Assembly (NCBI GenBank): GCA_950097015.1
Contig: CATNEN010000002.1
Location: forward strand, 186,001 to 250,000
Source of the DNA: Macrostomum hystrix
Taxonomy: Eukaryota > Animalia > Platyhelminthes
Direction of reading: 5' to 3'
DNA: 64,000 nucleotides
Of this stretch, positions 1 to 14,000 are shown piece after piece (positions within the stretch are counted from its first letter, which is position 1; each line of letters starts with the position of its first letter). Made by a program: the position numbers and the translations under genes. The notes under the pieces are model-generated. The model made no database searches and was not told the origin of the DNA. It was given only the letters and a program-made list of their open reading frames with translations.

Positions 1-2359
1 TCTTGTCTATCTTTAGCATCCCCCCAAATAGGCTGGTACTATGGAAACCCTACAGTAGACTAAAAATTTGTCATTTAGCTAGCAGTGAAACGAAATTTTG
101 GGATTTCAAAAGCAAATGACCCAAAACCTAAGTTCAGAAAATTTCTGGATCCATATCATCACTACACTATACCACAATGACACAATATATATCATGGCAT
201 TATTTATATATATAGTCTGTCAAAAATCAAAATAGGGGAATCTTCTTGTTTTGCATGTTTTAATTACTTTACAAAAGATAAAAAATTCTTAGCAACCAAA
301 ATGTATACCCTGTACAGGTGTATAAGCATACATGCGCAACACCCGGCTCACCCAGCCGAACCGGCCAGGTGAAACAAGGGCCAAGCAAGTCCTAAGTCGC
401 AAAAACCAATCAACCAAGCGCAAATAATTCAAAGGGGGACCAAGGGACAAAAAAAGGCATGAAGAAGAGGAAAAAGGGGAGAGAAAAAGAGAGCAAATGA
501 CAGCAAACTAAGTCGTAAATAGAGCAATGAAACGAACTAAGTCGCAAATGAGAGCAAACTAAGTCGTAAATAGAGCAAAAACTAAGTCGCATGGCCGGCT
601 AAGATTTGGGAGGTTGCGCATGTATGATGTGGTTTATAGTCTTCATCTGCCCCCATCTTGTCTGCTATTAATTTGTCTTAGCAGACAAGAAATAATATAA
701 TATTAATACAAACTTGAACCAACAATTAAACAAATGCATATGCTACAGCTTTAATTGTCACAGTAAAACATCATATTAATAAAATGCATATGCAATGCAC
801 AAGTTCATATTGAGATTTTATGTTTGTGTCACTTTAGTCTACAGCACATCTAAACAAGATTTGGTTCATTTTAAAGGCTCATTCTCATAGCCATCAAATG
901 AAATGGTATATGCAAATTATTTATCTACTCATGAAAATCATTTGTTCACAAAAATGTTAACTTATCTATTAACAGACAAAGATATGAGAATATGCCAGCT
1001 ATGACATCTGAGTGGCTTGCTTGTTGGTTGTTAGTTACTGTTTAAAATTTTTACTAAAAAGTAAATTTTACTTAATGTTATAAATCATTTTAAATAAAAT
1101 GTGCAAAACTAGAGTATGGCCATATTTAGATTGTTAAGTAAAGCAAAAGGACATACAAAAGAAAACTGAAAAAAACTAAAATGTAACTGAATCATTTAAA
1201 ACTGTGTTCACTCAGCTAAAGAGGGCTAAATTAAAACAAAAAATAACTTATTTGCTTTAAATTGTTTAGGCTAAATTGAGAGGGATTAGCAGCCAAATTT
1301 TTAGCTTACAAATAGCTATAGGAAATAGATATATTAAAATACACGAAATGTAGACGCACATTGACAGGTTGATTTGCATGATACAGTTACAAAGAAATCG
1401 CCAGCTGAAAAGCTTAAATGCTGTTCTAATTATAAAATTAAACTCACCTTTTATAAATCGAACACACAGAAAGTACAATTCCTCAAGACTGAAAGAACTG
1501 TCTCCTATAAAATGCATCGTGTCTATTACTGTATTTAAACCAATAAAATATATAAAGCTAGTTATCCTTAACAGGCTTCACACAAACTGATAAACTAGTT
1601 ATTTTACTTTATATAGTGTTAGATGTGCCCATTAGTGGATTACCGGATAAGTTTGAACACCAGGTCCACGCACGCAACTGACCATACTTCTTATAAAAAT
1701 ATGTTTTTTTGCATTATTGGGTACTGAAATATTTTTCTCTGTTTTTACTAATTGTCGATTATATTTTGTTTGTTTGAGATATTCTTTGTAACTAATTGCT
1801 GCAACTTGTTGTAATGAAGCAAAGTTGTCGATTTAAAAAAGTTTGCTTGTAGGCAGTGGCCCGTAGCTAGGAATTTTCGATGGGGGGGGATAAATGAAAA
1901 AAGGTGAACGAACAATTAAAAAAATTAACAGCAAACTTACGTATGTTATACTTTTACCATGTGTACAGCACAGCAAGAAAGCATTTTGTAACTATATACC
2001 TTAACCTGCTCATGCATTTTATACTTTACATGGTAAAGGTTAGTTTATAGTGCAAACTTTGTAGTGTTCTACTGTGCATGCGTGCAAAAATGCGATTTGT
2101 CACTAAATTAGCAAGCTCGATAATATACAAGGGCATCTTAAGTTGAGACCATGCATCCAGCTGGCAGAAAGGGTTATTGATATAATAAAACTCTCAAGTA
2201 CGCGTGTAGTAAAACGCGTAAGCTGGCTTGGCTGTGTTAATTAGTCAATGCTATGGAATTTAGCAGCAGCGATGCGAAGCAAAATCACGCCCTGGAGAAT
2301 TATTTATAATTAATTGAATAAGTTCGAAGTTTGGTTTGAGTTATCTTGTCTAGATTCTA

Positions 2360-5300
2360 CATTCTTGTAGCATTCTTGTAGCATTCTTGTAGCATTCTTG
2401 TAGCATTCTTGTAGCATTCTTGTAGCATTCTTGTAGCATTCTTGTAGCATTCTTGTAGTATTCTTGTAGCATTCTTGTAGCATTCTTGTAGCATTCTTGT
2501 AGCATTCTTGTAGTATTCTTGTAGCATTCTTGTAGCATTCTTGTAGTATTCTTGTAGCATTCTTGTAGCATTCTTGTAGCATTCTTGTAGCATTCTTGTA
2601 GTATTCTTGTAGCATTCTTGTAGCATTCTTGTAGCATTCTTGTAGCATTCTTGTAGTATTCTTGTAGCATTCTTGTAGCATTCTTGTAGCATTCTTGTAG
2701 CATTCTTGTAGCATTATTGTAGTATTCTTGTAGCATTCTTGTAGCATTCTTGTAGTATTCTTGTAGCATTCTTGTAGCATTCTTGTAGCATTCTTGTAGC
2801 ATTCTTGTAGCATTCTTGTAGCATTCTTGTAGCATTCTTGTAGCATTCTTGTAGCATTCTTGTAGCATTCTTGTAGCATTCTTGTAGCATTCTTGTAGCA
2901 TTCTTGTAGCATTCTTGTAGCATTCTTGTAGCATTCTTGTAGCATTATTGTAGCATTCTTGTAGCATTCTTGTAGCATTCCTGTAGCATTCTTGTATAGC
3001 ATTCTTGTAGCATTCTTGTAGCATTCTTGTAGCATTCTTGTAGCATTATTGTAGCATTATTGTAGCATTATTGTAGCATTATTGTATAGCATTCTTGTAG
3101 CATTCTTGTAGCATTCCTGTAGCATTCTTGTATAGCATTCTTGTAGCATTCTTGTAGCATTCTTGTAGCATTCTTGAAGCATTCTTGTAGCATTATTGTA
3201 GCATTATTGTAGCATTATTGTAGCATTATTGTAGCATTCTTGTAGCATTCCTGTAGCATTCTTGTATAGCATTCTTGTAGCATTCTTGTAGCATTCTTGT
3301 AGCATTCTTGTAGCATTCTTGTAGCATTCTTGTAGCATTCTTGTAGCATTCCTGTAGCATTCTTGTATAGCATTCTTGTAGCATTCTTGTAGCATTCTTG
3401 TAGCATTCTTGAAGCATTCTTGTAGCATTCTTGTAGCATTCTTGTAGTATTCTTGTAGCATTCTTGTAGTATTCTTGTAGCATTCTTGTAGCATTATTGT
3501 AGCATTCTTGTAGCATTCCTGTAGCATTCTTGTATAGCATTCTTGTAGCATTCTTGTAGCATTCTTGTAGCATTCTTGTAGCATTCTTGTAGCATTCTTG
3601 TAGCATTCTTGTAGCATTCCTGTAGCATTCTTGTATAGCATTCTTGTAGCATTCTTGTAGCATTCTTGTAGCATTCTTGAAGCATTCTTGTAGCATTCTT
3701 GTAGCATTCTTGTAGTATTCTTGTAGCATTCTTGTAGTATTCTTGTAGCATTCTTGTAGCATTCTTGTAGCATTATTGTAGCATTATTGTAGCATTCTTG
3801 TAGCATTCTTGTAGCATTCTTGTAGCATTCTTGTAGCATTCTTGTATAGCATTCTTGTAGCATTCTTGTATAGCATTCTTGTAGCATTCTTGTAGCATTC
3901 TTGTAGCATTCTTGTAGCATTCTTGTAGCATTCTTGTATAGCATTCTTGTAGCATTCTTGTAGCATTCTTGTAGCATTCTTGTAGCATTCTTGTAGCATT
4001 CTTGTAGCATTCTTGTAGCATTCTTGTATAGCATTCTTGTAGCATTCTTGTAGCATTCTTGTAGCATTCTTGTAGCATTATTGTAGCATTCTTGTAGCAT
4101 TCTTGTAGCATTCTTGTAGCATTCTTGTAGCATTCTTGTAGCATTCCTGTAGCATTCTTGTAGCATTCCTGTAGCATTCTTGTAGCATTATTGTAGCATT
4201 ATTGTAGCATTCTTGTAGCATTCCTGTAGCATTCTTGTAGCATTATTGTAGCATTCTTGTAGCATTCTTGTAGCATTCCTGTAGCATTCTTGTATAGCAT
4301 TCTTGTAGCATTCTTGTAGCATTCTTGTAGCATTCTTGTAGCATTCTTGTAGCATTCTTGTATAGCATTCTTGTAGCATTCTTGTAGCATTCTTGTAGCA
4401 TTCTTGTAGCATTCTTGTAGCATTCTTGTAGCATTCTTGTAGCATTCTTGTATAGCATTCTTGTAGCATTCTTGTAGCATTCTTGTAGCATTCTTGTAGC
4501 ATTCTTGTAGCATTCTTGTAGCATTCTTGTAGCATTCTTGTAGCATTCTTGTAGCATTATTGTAGCATTTTTGTAGCATTCTTGTAGCATTCTTGTATAG
4601 CATTCTTGTAGTATTCTTGTAGCATTCCTGTAGCATTCTTGTAGCATTCTTGTAGTATTCTTGTAGCATTCCTGTAGCATTCTTGTAGCATTATTGTAGC
4701 ATTATTGTAGCATTCCTGTAGCATTCTTGTAGCATTCTTGTAGCATTCTTGTAGCATTATTGTAGCATTATTGTAGCATTCTTGTAGCATTATTGTAGCA
4801 TTCTTGTAGCATTCTTGTAGCATTCTTGTAGCATTCTTGTAGCATTATTGTAGCATTATTGTAGCATTCTTGTAGCATTATTGTAGCATTATTGTAGCAT
4901 TCTTGTAGCATTCCTGTAGCATTCTTGTATAGCATTCTTGTAGCATTCTTGTAGCATTCTTGTAGCATTCTTGTAGCATTCTTGTATAGCATTCTTGTAG
5001 CATTCTTGTAGCATTCTTGTAGCATTCTTGTAGCATTCTTGTAGCATTCTTGTATAGCATTCTTGTAGCATTCTTGTAGCATTCTTGTAGTATTCTTGTA
5101 GCATTCTTGTAGCATTCTTGTAGCATTCTTGTAGCATTCTTGTAGCATTCTTGTAGCATTCTTGTATAGCATTCTTGTAGCATTCTTGTAGCATTCTTGA
5201 AGCATTCTTGTAGCATTCTTGTATAGCATTCTTGTAGCATTCTTGTAGCATTCTTGTAGCATTCTTGTAGCATTCCTGTAGCATTCTTGTATAGCATTCT

Positions 5301-8175
5301 TGTAGCATTCTTGTAGCATTCTTGTAGCATTATTGTAGCATTCCTGTAGCATTATTGTAGCATTCCTGTAGCATTCTTGTAGCATTCTTGTAGCATTCTT
5401 GTAGCATTCTTGTAGCATTCTTGTAGCATTATTGTAGCATTATTGTAGCATTCTTGTAGCATTCTTGTAGCATTCTTGTAGCATTCTTGTAGCATTCTTG
5501 TAGCATTCTTGAAGCATTCTTGTAGCATTCTTGTAGCATTCTTGTAGCATTCTTGTAGCATTCTTGTAGCATTCTTGTAGCATTCTTGTAGCATTCTTGT
5601 AGCATTCTTGAAGCATTCTTGTAGCATTCTTGTAGCATTCTTGTAGCATTCTTGTAGCATTCTTGTAGCATTCTTGTAGCATTCTTGTAGCATTCTTGTA
5701 GCATTCTTGTAGCATTCTTGAAGCATTCTTGTAGCATTCTTGTAGCATTCTTGTAGCATTCTTGTAGCATTCTTGTAGCATTCTTGTAGCATTCTTGTAG
5801 CATTATTGTAGCATTCTTGTAGCATTCTTGAAGCATTCTTGTAGCATTCTTGTAGCATTCTTGTAGCATTCTTGTAGCATTCTTGTAGCATTCTTGTAGC
5901 ATTCTTGTAGCATTATTGTAGCATTCTTGTAGCATTATTGTAGCATTCTTGTAGCATTCCTGTAGCATTCTTGTAGCATTCTTGTAGCATTCCTGTAGCA
6001 TTCTTGTAGCATTATTGTAGCATTCTTGTAGCATTCTTGTAGCATTCCTGTAGCATTCTTGTATAGCATTCTTGTAGCATTCCTGTAGCATTCTTGTAGC
6101 ATTCTTGTAGCATTCTTGTAGCATTCTTGAAGCATTCTTGTAGCATTCTTGTAGCATTATTGTAGCATTCTTGTAGCATTCCTGTAGCATTCTTGCATAG
6201 CATTCTTGTAGCATTCTTGTAGCATTCTTGTAGCATTCTTGTAGCATTCTTGTAGCATTCTTGTAGCATTCTTGTAGCATTCTTGTAGCATTCTTGTAGC
6301 ATTCTTGTAGCATTCTTGTAGCATTCTTGTAGCATTATTGTAGCATTCTTGTAGCATTCTTGTAGCATTCCTGTAGCATTCTTGTATAGCATTCTTGTAG
6401 CATTCTTGTAGCATTCTTGTAGCATTCTTGAAGCATTCTTGTAGCATTCTTGTAGCACTCTTGTAGCATTCTTGTAGCATTCTTGTAGCATTCTTGTAGC
6501 ATTCTTGTAGCATTCCTGTAGCATTCTTGTAGCATTCCTGTAGCATTCTTGTAGCATTATTGTAGCATTCTTGTAGCATTCTTGTAGCATTCTTGTAGCA
6601 TTCTTGTAGCATTCTTGTAGCATTCTTGTAGCATTCTTGTAGCATTCTTGTAGCATTCTTGTAGCATTCTTGTAGCATTCTTGTAGCATTCTTGTATAGC
6701 ATTCTTGTAGCATTCTTGTAGCATTCTTGTAGCATTCTTGTAGCATTATTGTAGCATTCTTGTAGCATTCTTGTAGCATTCTTGTAGCATTCTTGTAGCA
6801 TTCTTGTAGCATTCCTGTAGCATTCTTGTAGCATTCCTGTAGCATTCTTGTAGCATTATTGTAGCATTCTTGTAGCATTCTTGTAGCATTCTTGTAGCAT
6901 TCTTGTAGCATTCTTGTAGCATTCTTGTAGCATTCTTGTAGCATTCTTGTAGCATTCTTGTAGCATTCTTGTAGCATTCTTGTAGCATTCTTGTAGCATT
7001 CTTGTAGCATTCTTGTAGCATTCTTGTAGCATTCTTGTAGCATTCTTGTAGCATTCTTGTAGCATTCTTGTAGCATTCTTGTAGCATTCTTGTAGCATTC
7101 TTGTAGCATTCTTGTAGCATTCTTGTAGCATTCTTGTAGCATTCTTGTAGCATTCTTGTAGCATTCTTGTAGCATTCTTGTAGCATTATTGTAGCATTCT
7201 TGTAGCATTCCTGTAGCATTCTTGTAGCATTCCTGTAGCATTCTTGTAGCATTCCTGTAGCATTCTTGTAGCATTATTGTAGCATTCTTGTAGCATTCTT
7301 GTAGCATTCTTGTAGCATTCTTGTAGCATTCTTGTAGCATTCTTGTAGCATTCTTGTAGCATTCTTGTATAGCATTCTTGTAGCATTCTTGTAGCATTCT
7401 TGTAGCATTCTTGTAGCATTATTGTAGCATTATTGTAGCATTCTTGTAGCATTCTTGTAGTATTCTTGTAGCATTCCTGTAGCATTCTTGTAGCATTCTT
7501 GTAGTATTCTTGTAGCATTCCTGTAGCATTCTTGTATAGCATTCTTGTAGCATTCTTGTAGCATTATTGTAGCATTATTGTAGCATTCCTGTAGCATTCT
7601 TGTAGCATTCTTGTAGCATTCTTGTAGCATTCTTGTAGCATTCTTGTAGTATTCTTGTAGCATTCCTGTAGCATTCTTGTAGCATTCTTGTAGTATTCTT
7701 GTAGCATTCCTGTAGCATTCTTGTATAGCATTCTTGTAGCATTCTTGTAGCATTATTGTAGCATTCCTGTAGCATTCTTGTAGCATTCTTGTAGCATTCT
7801 TGTAGCATTCTTGTAGCATTCCTGTAGCATTCTTGTAGCATTCTTGTAGCATTCCTGTAGCATTCTTGTATAGCATTCTTGTAGCATTCTTGTAGCATTA
7901 TTGTAGCATTCTTGTAGCATTCTTGTAGCATTCTTGTAGCATTCCTGTAGCATTCTTGTATAGCATTCTTGTAGCATTCTTGTAGCATTCTTGTAGCATT
8001 CTTGTAGCATTATTGTAGCATTCTTGTAGCATTCTTGTAGCATTCCTGTAGCATTTTTGTATAGCATTCTTGTAGCATTCTTGTAGCATTCTTGTAGCAT
8101 TCTTGTAGCATTCTTGTAGCATTCTTGTAGCATTCTTGTAGCATTCTTGTAGCATTCTTGTAGCATTCTTGTAGC
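2360..8175. repeat. 5.8-kb satellite of an 11-bp unit (CATTCTTGTAG)n
   Basis: Continuous tandem CATTCTTGTAG with recurrent variants CATTATTGTAG, CATTCCTGTAG, TATTCTTGTAG, CATTCTTGAAG and a 13-bp CATTCTTGTATAG. It explains all the MLQECYKNATR ORFs. Confidence 0.98.
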
Positions 8176-8178
8176 TCA

Positions 8179-8727
8179 ATACACCTGCCCCTACAGGGTC
8201 ATATGTGTATTGTCGACAACACAGCAGCAGCTATTGCGCGGCGCATCTGAAGGCTTAATTGCGGCTGTTCAGTCCATGGACTGGGGGGATGCCACACACA
8301 TCCTCAATTACCCCATGAGCTATAATGCTTGTCCCCATTTAACAGCTAGGTAAAATAAAGCAATGCAGAGTTAAGTATCAGAGATGAGAAAGTTTAACAA
8401 CGAAATGATACATTTTTGCGATTTTTATAATATTCAAAGATAACTTTAGAACGCAAGGGTTTTAAAAGCGGGGAGATGAAGCACAACAATGGAACGGCTC
8501 AATATTCAGGCGGACAAGCATCTCAGGGCAGTATGCTCAACGTACTTAATTTTGGGCAATGTGGCGTAAACAATTTACATTGCGATGGACAATGAAAGTC
8601 ACTACATAATGCAATGCAGTGATCAAGTGTCTAGCCAGAGGGCATATATTATTCAGTTGAGTCAGGAATCGAACCCCCGACATTCAAGTCGAGAGTCCGA
8701 CGCTCTAAACACTAGGCTACAACCGCC
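8179..8727 (-). mobile_element. tRNA-derived SINE family A, copy 1 (about 250 bp extra internal sequence)
   Basis: The minus strand begins GGCGGTTGTAGCCTAGTG...GGTTCGATTCCTGACTC (A-box/B-box tRNA-like head). It shares GCTGTTCAGTCCATGGACTGG and TACACCTGCCCC with the copy at 18543-18828. Confidence 0.8.
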
Positions 8728-8792
8728 TTATCATTATTCAGTATCAAGAATTTTATCTAAATAAATCCTTTCATGTATCTCGCTTTCTTATT

Positions 8793-9420
8793 CGTTCCAT
8801 CCCATCATCCCATTGTTCCAATCATCTAATTGTTCCAATCATCCCATTGTTCCGATCATCCGATTGTTCCAATAATCCCATTGTTCCAATAATCCCATTG
8901 TTCCAATCATCACATTGTTCCTATCATTCGATTGTTTCAGTCATCCCATCGTTCCAATTATCCCATTGTTCCAATCATCACATTGTTCCAATCATCTAAT
9001 TGTTCCAATCATCTAATTGTTCCAATCATCCCATTGTTCCAATCATCCGATTGTTCCAATAATCCCATTGTTCCAATAATCCCATTGTTCCAATCATCAC
9101 ATTGTTCCAATCATCACATTGTTCCTATCATTCGATTGTTTCAGTCATCCCATCGTTCCAATCATCCCATTGTTCCAATCATCCCATTGTTCCAATTATC
9201 CCATTGTTCCAATCATCCCATTGTTCCAATCATCTCATTGTTCCAATTATCTAATTGTTCCAATCATCCCATTGTTCCAATTATCCCATTGTTCCAACCA
9301 TCCAAATTGTTCCTATCATCCCATTGTTCCAATGATGGGAATTATACTAATCATCCCATTTTTAAATCATCCCATTGCCTCTCTATCTTCACAATGATCT
9401 TCCAATAATCATCATCCAAT
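8793..9420. repeat. Minisatellite, ~17-18 bp unit CCAATCATCCCATTGTT
   Basis: Visible tandem units with variants, decaying toward 9420. Confidence 0.93.
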
Positions 9421-9796
9421 AATTCCTAACTGCCCGATTTTTTCCCAAATGACACAAATTTTTCCCAATCATTTTTATCGTCTCCCATTCGATTTACTCT
9501 TTGCAAACATCTATATTCAGTCCCACACCCCACATTGTTGTAATGTTTTACTTTTGACAATATTTTTAACGGTAGTTTCTATGGTTGCTATGGCAACACT
9601 GTAGTACACAGTTTGTTCAGATTCATTGGTAGGTATTTTACTATACTTCTTACCGCTTCTGCTCTAAGATTAGACTTTAATGTGGAATTTTTTGCAGCGT
9701 GACTGGCCTTGCAGAACGGGTCATTATTCGTATAGCTAAGAAATTTTAATAAGATGCGATCAGCTTTGGTAGATCGGTGACGGGGGCGGCCAGAAC

Positions 9797-9975
9797 CAAT
9801 CAGAATTGTGGATGCAACTGATCAGAATTTTCGCCAGCCGTGGATACGCAAGCAGTTTTTTTCGATTCGTCTATAAAACGGTTCTGTTTGGGCCGCTGGC
9901 ACACGGGTCAGCTACTCTCGCGTCTCGATCGATTTATTAGCAGCTGGAGCGTCAAATTGAGAAATTTTCTGCAGT
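9797..9975 (+). promoter_or_regulatory. Putative core promoter and 5' UTR exon of the 10.5-kb neuropeptide gene
   Basis: CCAAT near 9797, TATAAAA at 9872-9878, donor GCA|GTAAGT at 9974 and acceptor TTCCAG at 10464 just upstream of ATG 10496. Confidence 0.5.
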
Positions 9976-10495
9976 AAGTATGAGTAATACAATCGGAAGA
10001 TCCTCATAGTTTTTTTATTTCACATTTTAGATACAAATTTATTGTTTAAATCTACTTCAATTTAAGTAGTGAATGTATCGGTCGTTCATGTTATTTTAAT
10101 AGACAAAAAGTTCAATTTATTTTTGCTAAATGTTACTCAGTAGCGGAGGCAGTTTTCTAGGAAAAGAACTACAATGTCTATAGATGGAATAGCTGATCAA
10201 ATCCATTAAAAGCAGCCCAGTTGCTTAGTTATAAAAAACGGCATTTAGCTTTGATCTTTGCCGCTCAGAACTTCTCTTTCAAGCTAAATACGTGTACTAG
10301 ATATGGCTTCCAGAAGAGATAATGGACAAAAAGCAAACGCTAGGAGTGGGAGTTTTTGTCGGACAATTTCGCTTATAAATTGTTGACTGAAAGATCCCAT
10401 AGGAGAATTGCGCTCCCAAAAATTGAGTCATCGGTGCAAATTTCTCAAATCTTTCTAATTCCAGATTTGAAGAAGACAATCCGTTGAAGAACAAA

Positions 10496-11091
10496 ATGGC
10501 CAAGTACTCTAGCCTACTGCTGCCCCTGCTCGTGGCCTTCGCCACACTGGTCGTCATCAGCGCGGAGGCGCAGGCGTCGGCAGGTGATGCCCAGCGTCGG
10601 GCGGGCTACGAGTCGTTCCGGTTGAAGCGCGGATATGATCAATTCCTCCGCTGGAGGAAGGCCACAGCCGGAGCTGCAGCGGCTGGTCAGTTCTGCGGAG
10701 TCGGCATCGGTGAGGTTGAGCTGGCACTGCTCAACCGTCTGGTGGTAAGTGCATGGGAGCCAAGGAATCGTGCATCCGCATGAGTTCCTGAGCGTGGGAA
10801 CACGGCCCAACTGGCCGTTGCCATGCTCAATGATCCTGCATGGCGTGTTTACTTAGGGGATCTTCTTCTCAACAAATGGTGGCTTGTTGAACTCAGGGAA
10901 CAATGAATTTTGGATGGCTTGTGTGTTTGTCTGCAGTCAAACTTTATTAAATATTCAAAATCTGATTTCTGGTCAATTTAAATAAGAAATCCAAATTAAT
11001 CCCCATTGTGCAGAGGTCGCATGACGCAGGTCTCCTGAGCCTGAAGGACCGCGACATTCTGCGCGCATTTTTCGACAGCATCTCCGCCTGA
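10496..11091 (+). CDS. Neuropeptide prohormone, 108 aa (signal peptide; RR-AGYESFRL-KR-GYDQFLRW-RK)
   Basis: Exons 10496-10744 (donor GTAAGT) and 11014-11091 (acceptor TGTGCAG), phase 0. Hydrophobic N-terminus MAKYSSLLLPLLVAFATLVVISAEA, and dibasic sites flank two similar 8-aa peptides. Confidence 0.8.
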
Positions 11092-14000
11092 TCTGCAGCA
11101 ATCGAATCTCGAGGGCGAGCCAATGAACCGGAGAACTAAATGCGCGCTAACTTTTATCAATTATGGATTAACTTACTGATTCAGTTAAACACGAATAATA
11201 TTCAATGAGCCCTTGAGAACATTGCAATTATGCAATAAAAAATTCACTCTCATGCTTGACGGTTAATGATCAAGTTCTTTTTGTTGAGATCGACGCGACG
11301 GCCCTGCATAGCAACGACAACAGATGTTGAATGTCTTGTGATTTTTTTATTTAACAATCGTAAAAAATTAACGATAGTGCATAAAGAGGGTTACTGTTTA
11401 TGATTATTTTTACAGATTGGAACACGCAAATTATTACAAACTAGACTTAGACTTATGCATTTCGAAATAATTTTAGTCGCGACAATTTAACAGTCAGAAA
11501 GAACACACTATTTTTTCCGACGTACCTATACTTCACGACAGCTCCCTAACAGAATGACCGATTTTCGTGAAAGTCCCAAATCAGGATCGAAGCTCCTGAC
11601 GAACCTTTACGATGAACTAGCTTTCAAAGCATTCTAGTCAAAGACCCTGGTGACAAGGACAACCAAAGCATCGCTCTGTGTTAACCCTCTTCGGCGAATC
11701 CATACTGCATGGTTCAATAATGGAGAAATGAGCAGTATAATCGGCGACAATAGCCGACATGGTTCAATGATGATATTTTGTGAGCAGAAAATCCTGTTTA
11801 TACTGATAGTTCTTTCCAGCAGACACTCTGATGAGAATTGTTGAATACCTCGACGATGCCGATGTTTTGTGATTCTGGAAGCTGTTTCATCAGCGAGAGA
11901 GGAAGATTTTAGCTCCCCCCAGTTCTCGATTTGCTTTGCTATTGGTTCAGTACTTTGGGAGATTCCGAAAAATGTGGATATTTGACATACTCCCTGTGGT
12001 CTTTCACAGTCAATCATGAATGTACAGCATTTCAGTCAATGGACTGGGGGAAAGCTCCAACGAACACGAATAAAACATTTGATACCATGCAGCTTCTCCA
12101 CTGCTTGTTAAAAAGTAAACTACAAATTTGAGTACCATATTTTTAACCTAACAAGAACAATGGTCATTTCGAGAGAGAGTTAACATATACGTAATAATCT
12201 AGTCTGACCAGCCACTGCAGCTTACGCAGGGTTCCTAAAAGTTTACTGTTATCAGACAGTGATCTTAAATACGTGGGCAGAAAAAATTTGAGTTTGCCTT
12301 TGATATTGCTGCATGGCTTTTATTGCCACTAGACTACCCGACGAGTGTGACACGGTCAAACTAATTTAAATTCAGATTTTGCGGATTGATCAAAGCAGAG
12401 TGGCCTCATTTTGCAGGGTTTAGTTTTAGCTGGTGAATTAGTAAAATTCACGGGTTTATTAATTTATGGTGTCTGCATTTTTTATTTCGTAGAGAAAGAG
12501 GTCTTAATTCAATCCTCAAAAAATTATATCTTCTCGAATTACAAACACTTGAGACCAGAATCCACCTTGCCTTGTCATGCAACTAGATCTACTTTTTTAC
12601 GATTATAACCGACTTCATAATCAGAACGTGAAAAAATATAAGCCGCGTGTGATTTCTGCTTCCGCGAAATTAGCATTTTACCTCTCAGCTATCCAGATCG
12701 AGACAGGGTGACATTTTAATATCAATTAAGCAGAAAATCGTTTTATTTGATTTGCTGACACCATAAAATTGTTTTAACAAGAAAGGTGACATTTTTGTAA
12801 AAATGTTCACAAGGCATGCACCTTTATCAATTAATACAGACTGCTAGAAGATCGATAAAAAACTGATAGAATATCGATACTACTAGAAGATCAATAAATA
12901 CTGCTTTATAGACTGTTCGATATAGAAGGTTCGATATGGACTGCTAAAAGATCGACACGACTTCCATCATGCAGAATTTCGTAATCGATACTGACTGATT
13001 TTCTGTAATCAACAGTACTTGAAGTCAGATTTTTGCGTAACGAAGTTATTTAAACGTTAAAAGTTCACTGCTTAAAATAAAATAACGTGATCGAAATGAT
13101 TACAAAAATGATAAGAATTATAGTTTAATTTGCGCGTTCAATTCAAACTAACGACTAAAAGATTATATTCGTAAACTGGGCAATACAAAAAGTCTGCAAC
13201 TGAAACGAAGATCAGATCAAAGATTGACGCACAATTATAACACAAAATTATTAAGTAAAATTAAGTAATTTAAGTTAATAATACATGAATAAAAGCACCT
13301 GACAAAACCTATATTTACTTAATTATTTAAAACCGCGTGAATTTTTTTATCGCGTTATTTTAACTAGGCAAATGCTTAATTTGATTTGAATCCCTTATTT
13401 ATACTTTTCTTCGACTCGTATTATTTTATTTTTTAAAGTAAAAATAGCTAAAAATGTACAAATCTAAATTAAAAAACGGCTGCCGTGTCATTTGCTTTTT
13501 TCGAAGCCTTTAAAATGAAATAACATTCTGTGACGTGGTATGGTGCGGGGATGGCGATGGCAACACTAAAAATTACATGTTTGTTGTTATAGCAATAAAA
13601 AGTAATAATTAGGTGTTGAAAAAAATGGTACAATAATACCCAGGTTTACGTATAGGAAGTGAGCTAATCAGAATATAGCTACGATGATTTCTAAACGACG
13701 AAGGTATTCTTCAATGCAAAGACTGAATTGAGCAACGAGCAGTGCGATGGATTCTAGTATTGGCAATTAAAACAGGAGTAAAATAAACAATAGACACATA
13801 GTAGACTAAGTTTACCGACATACACCACTATGAGTAGTAAAATCTGAGGATGAATAGCATAGCAACGAGAGGTCAATGACAATACATTTTCAATTAAAGA
13901 AGAGAGCACACAAAGAGCTGTCGCCAGTGCGACTGAGAGAGGAAGGCGCAAGACGGTGCAAGACATGCACCCCGCTGCAGACTGCAGCACACGAGAACGG

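Noticed and set aside
493-590. Short degenerate repeats of CTAAGTCG
   Set aside because: Only four or five irregular copies with no structure beyond low complexity.
2310-8179. Dozens of long minus-strand ORFs (MLQECYKNATR)n
   Set aside because: They arise because the 11-bp unit has no stop in any minus-strand phase. All three frames give the same peptide and there is no splice or promoter context.
11634-12017. 127-aa minus-strand ORF in a moderately GC-rich patch
   Set aside because: No recognisable motif or splice partners; possibly a decayed element.
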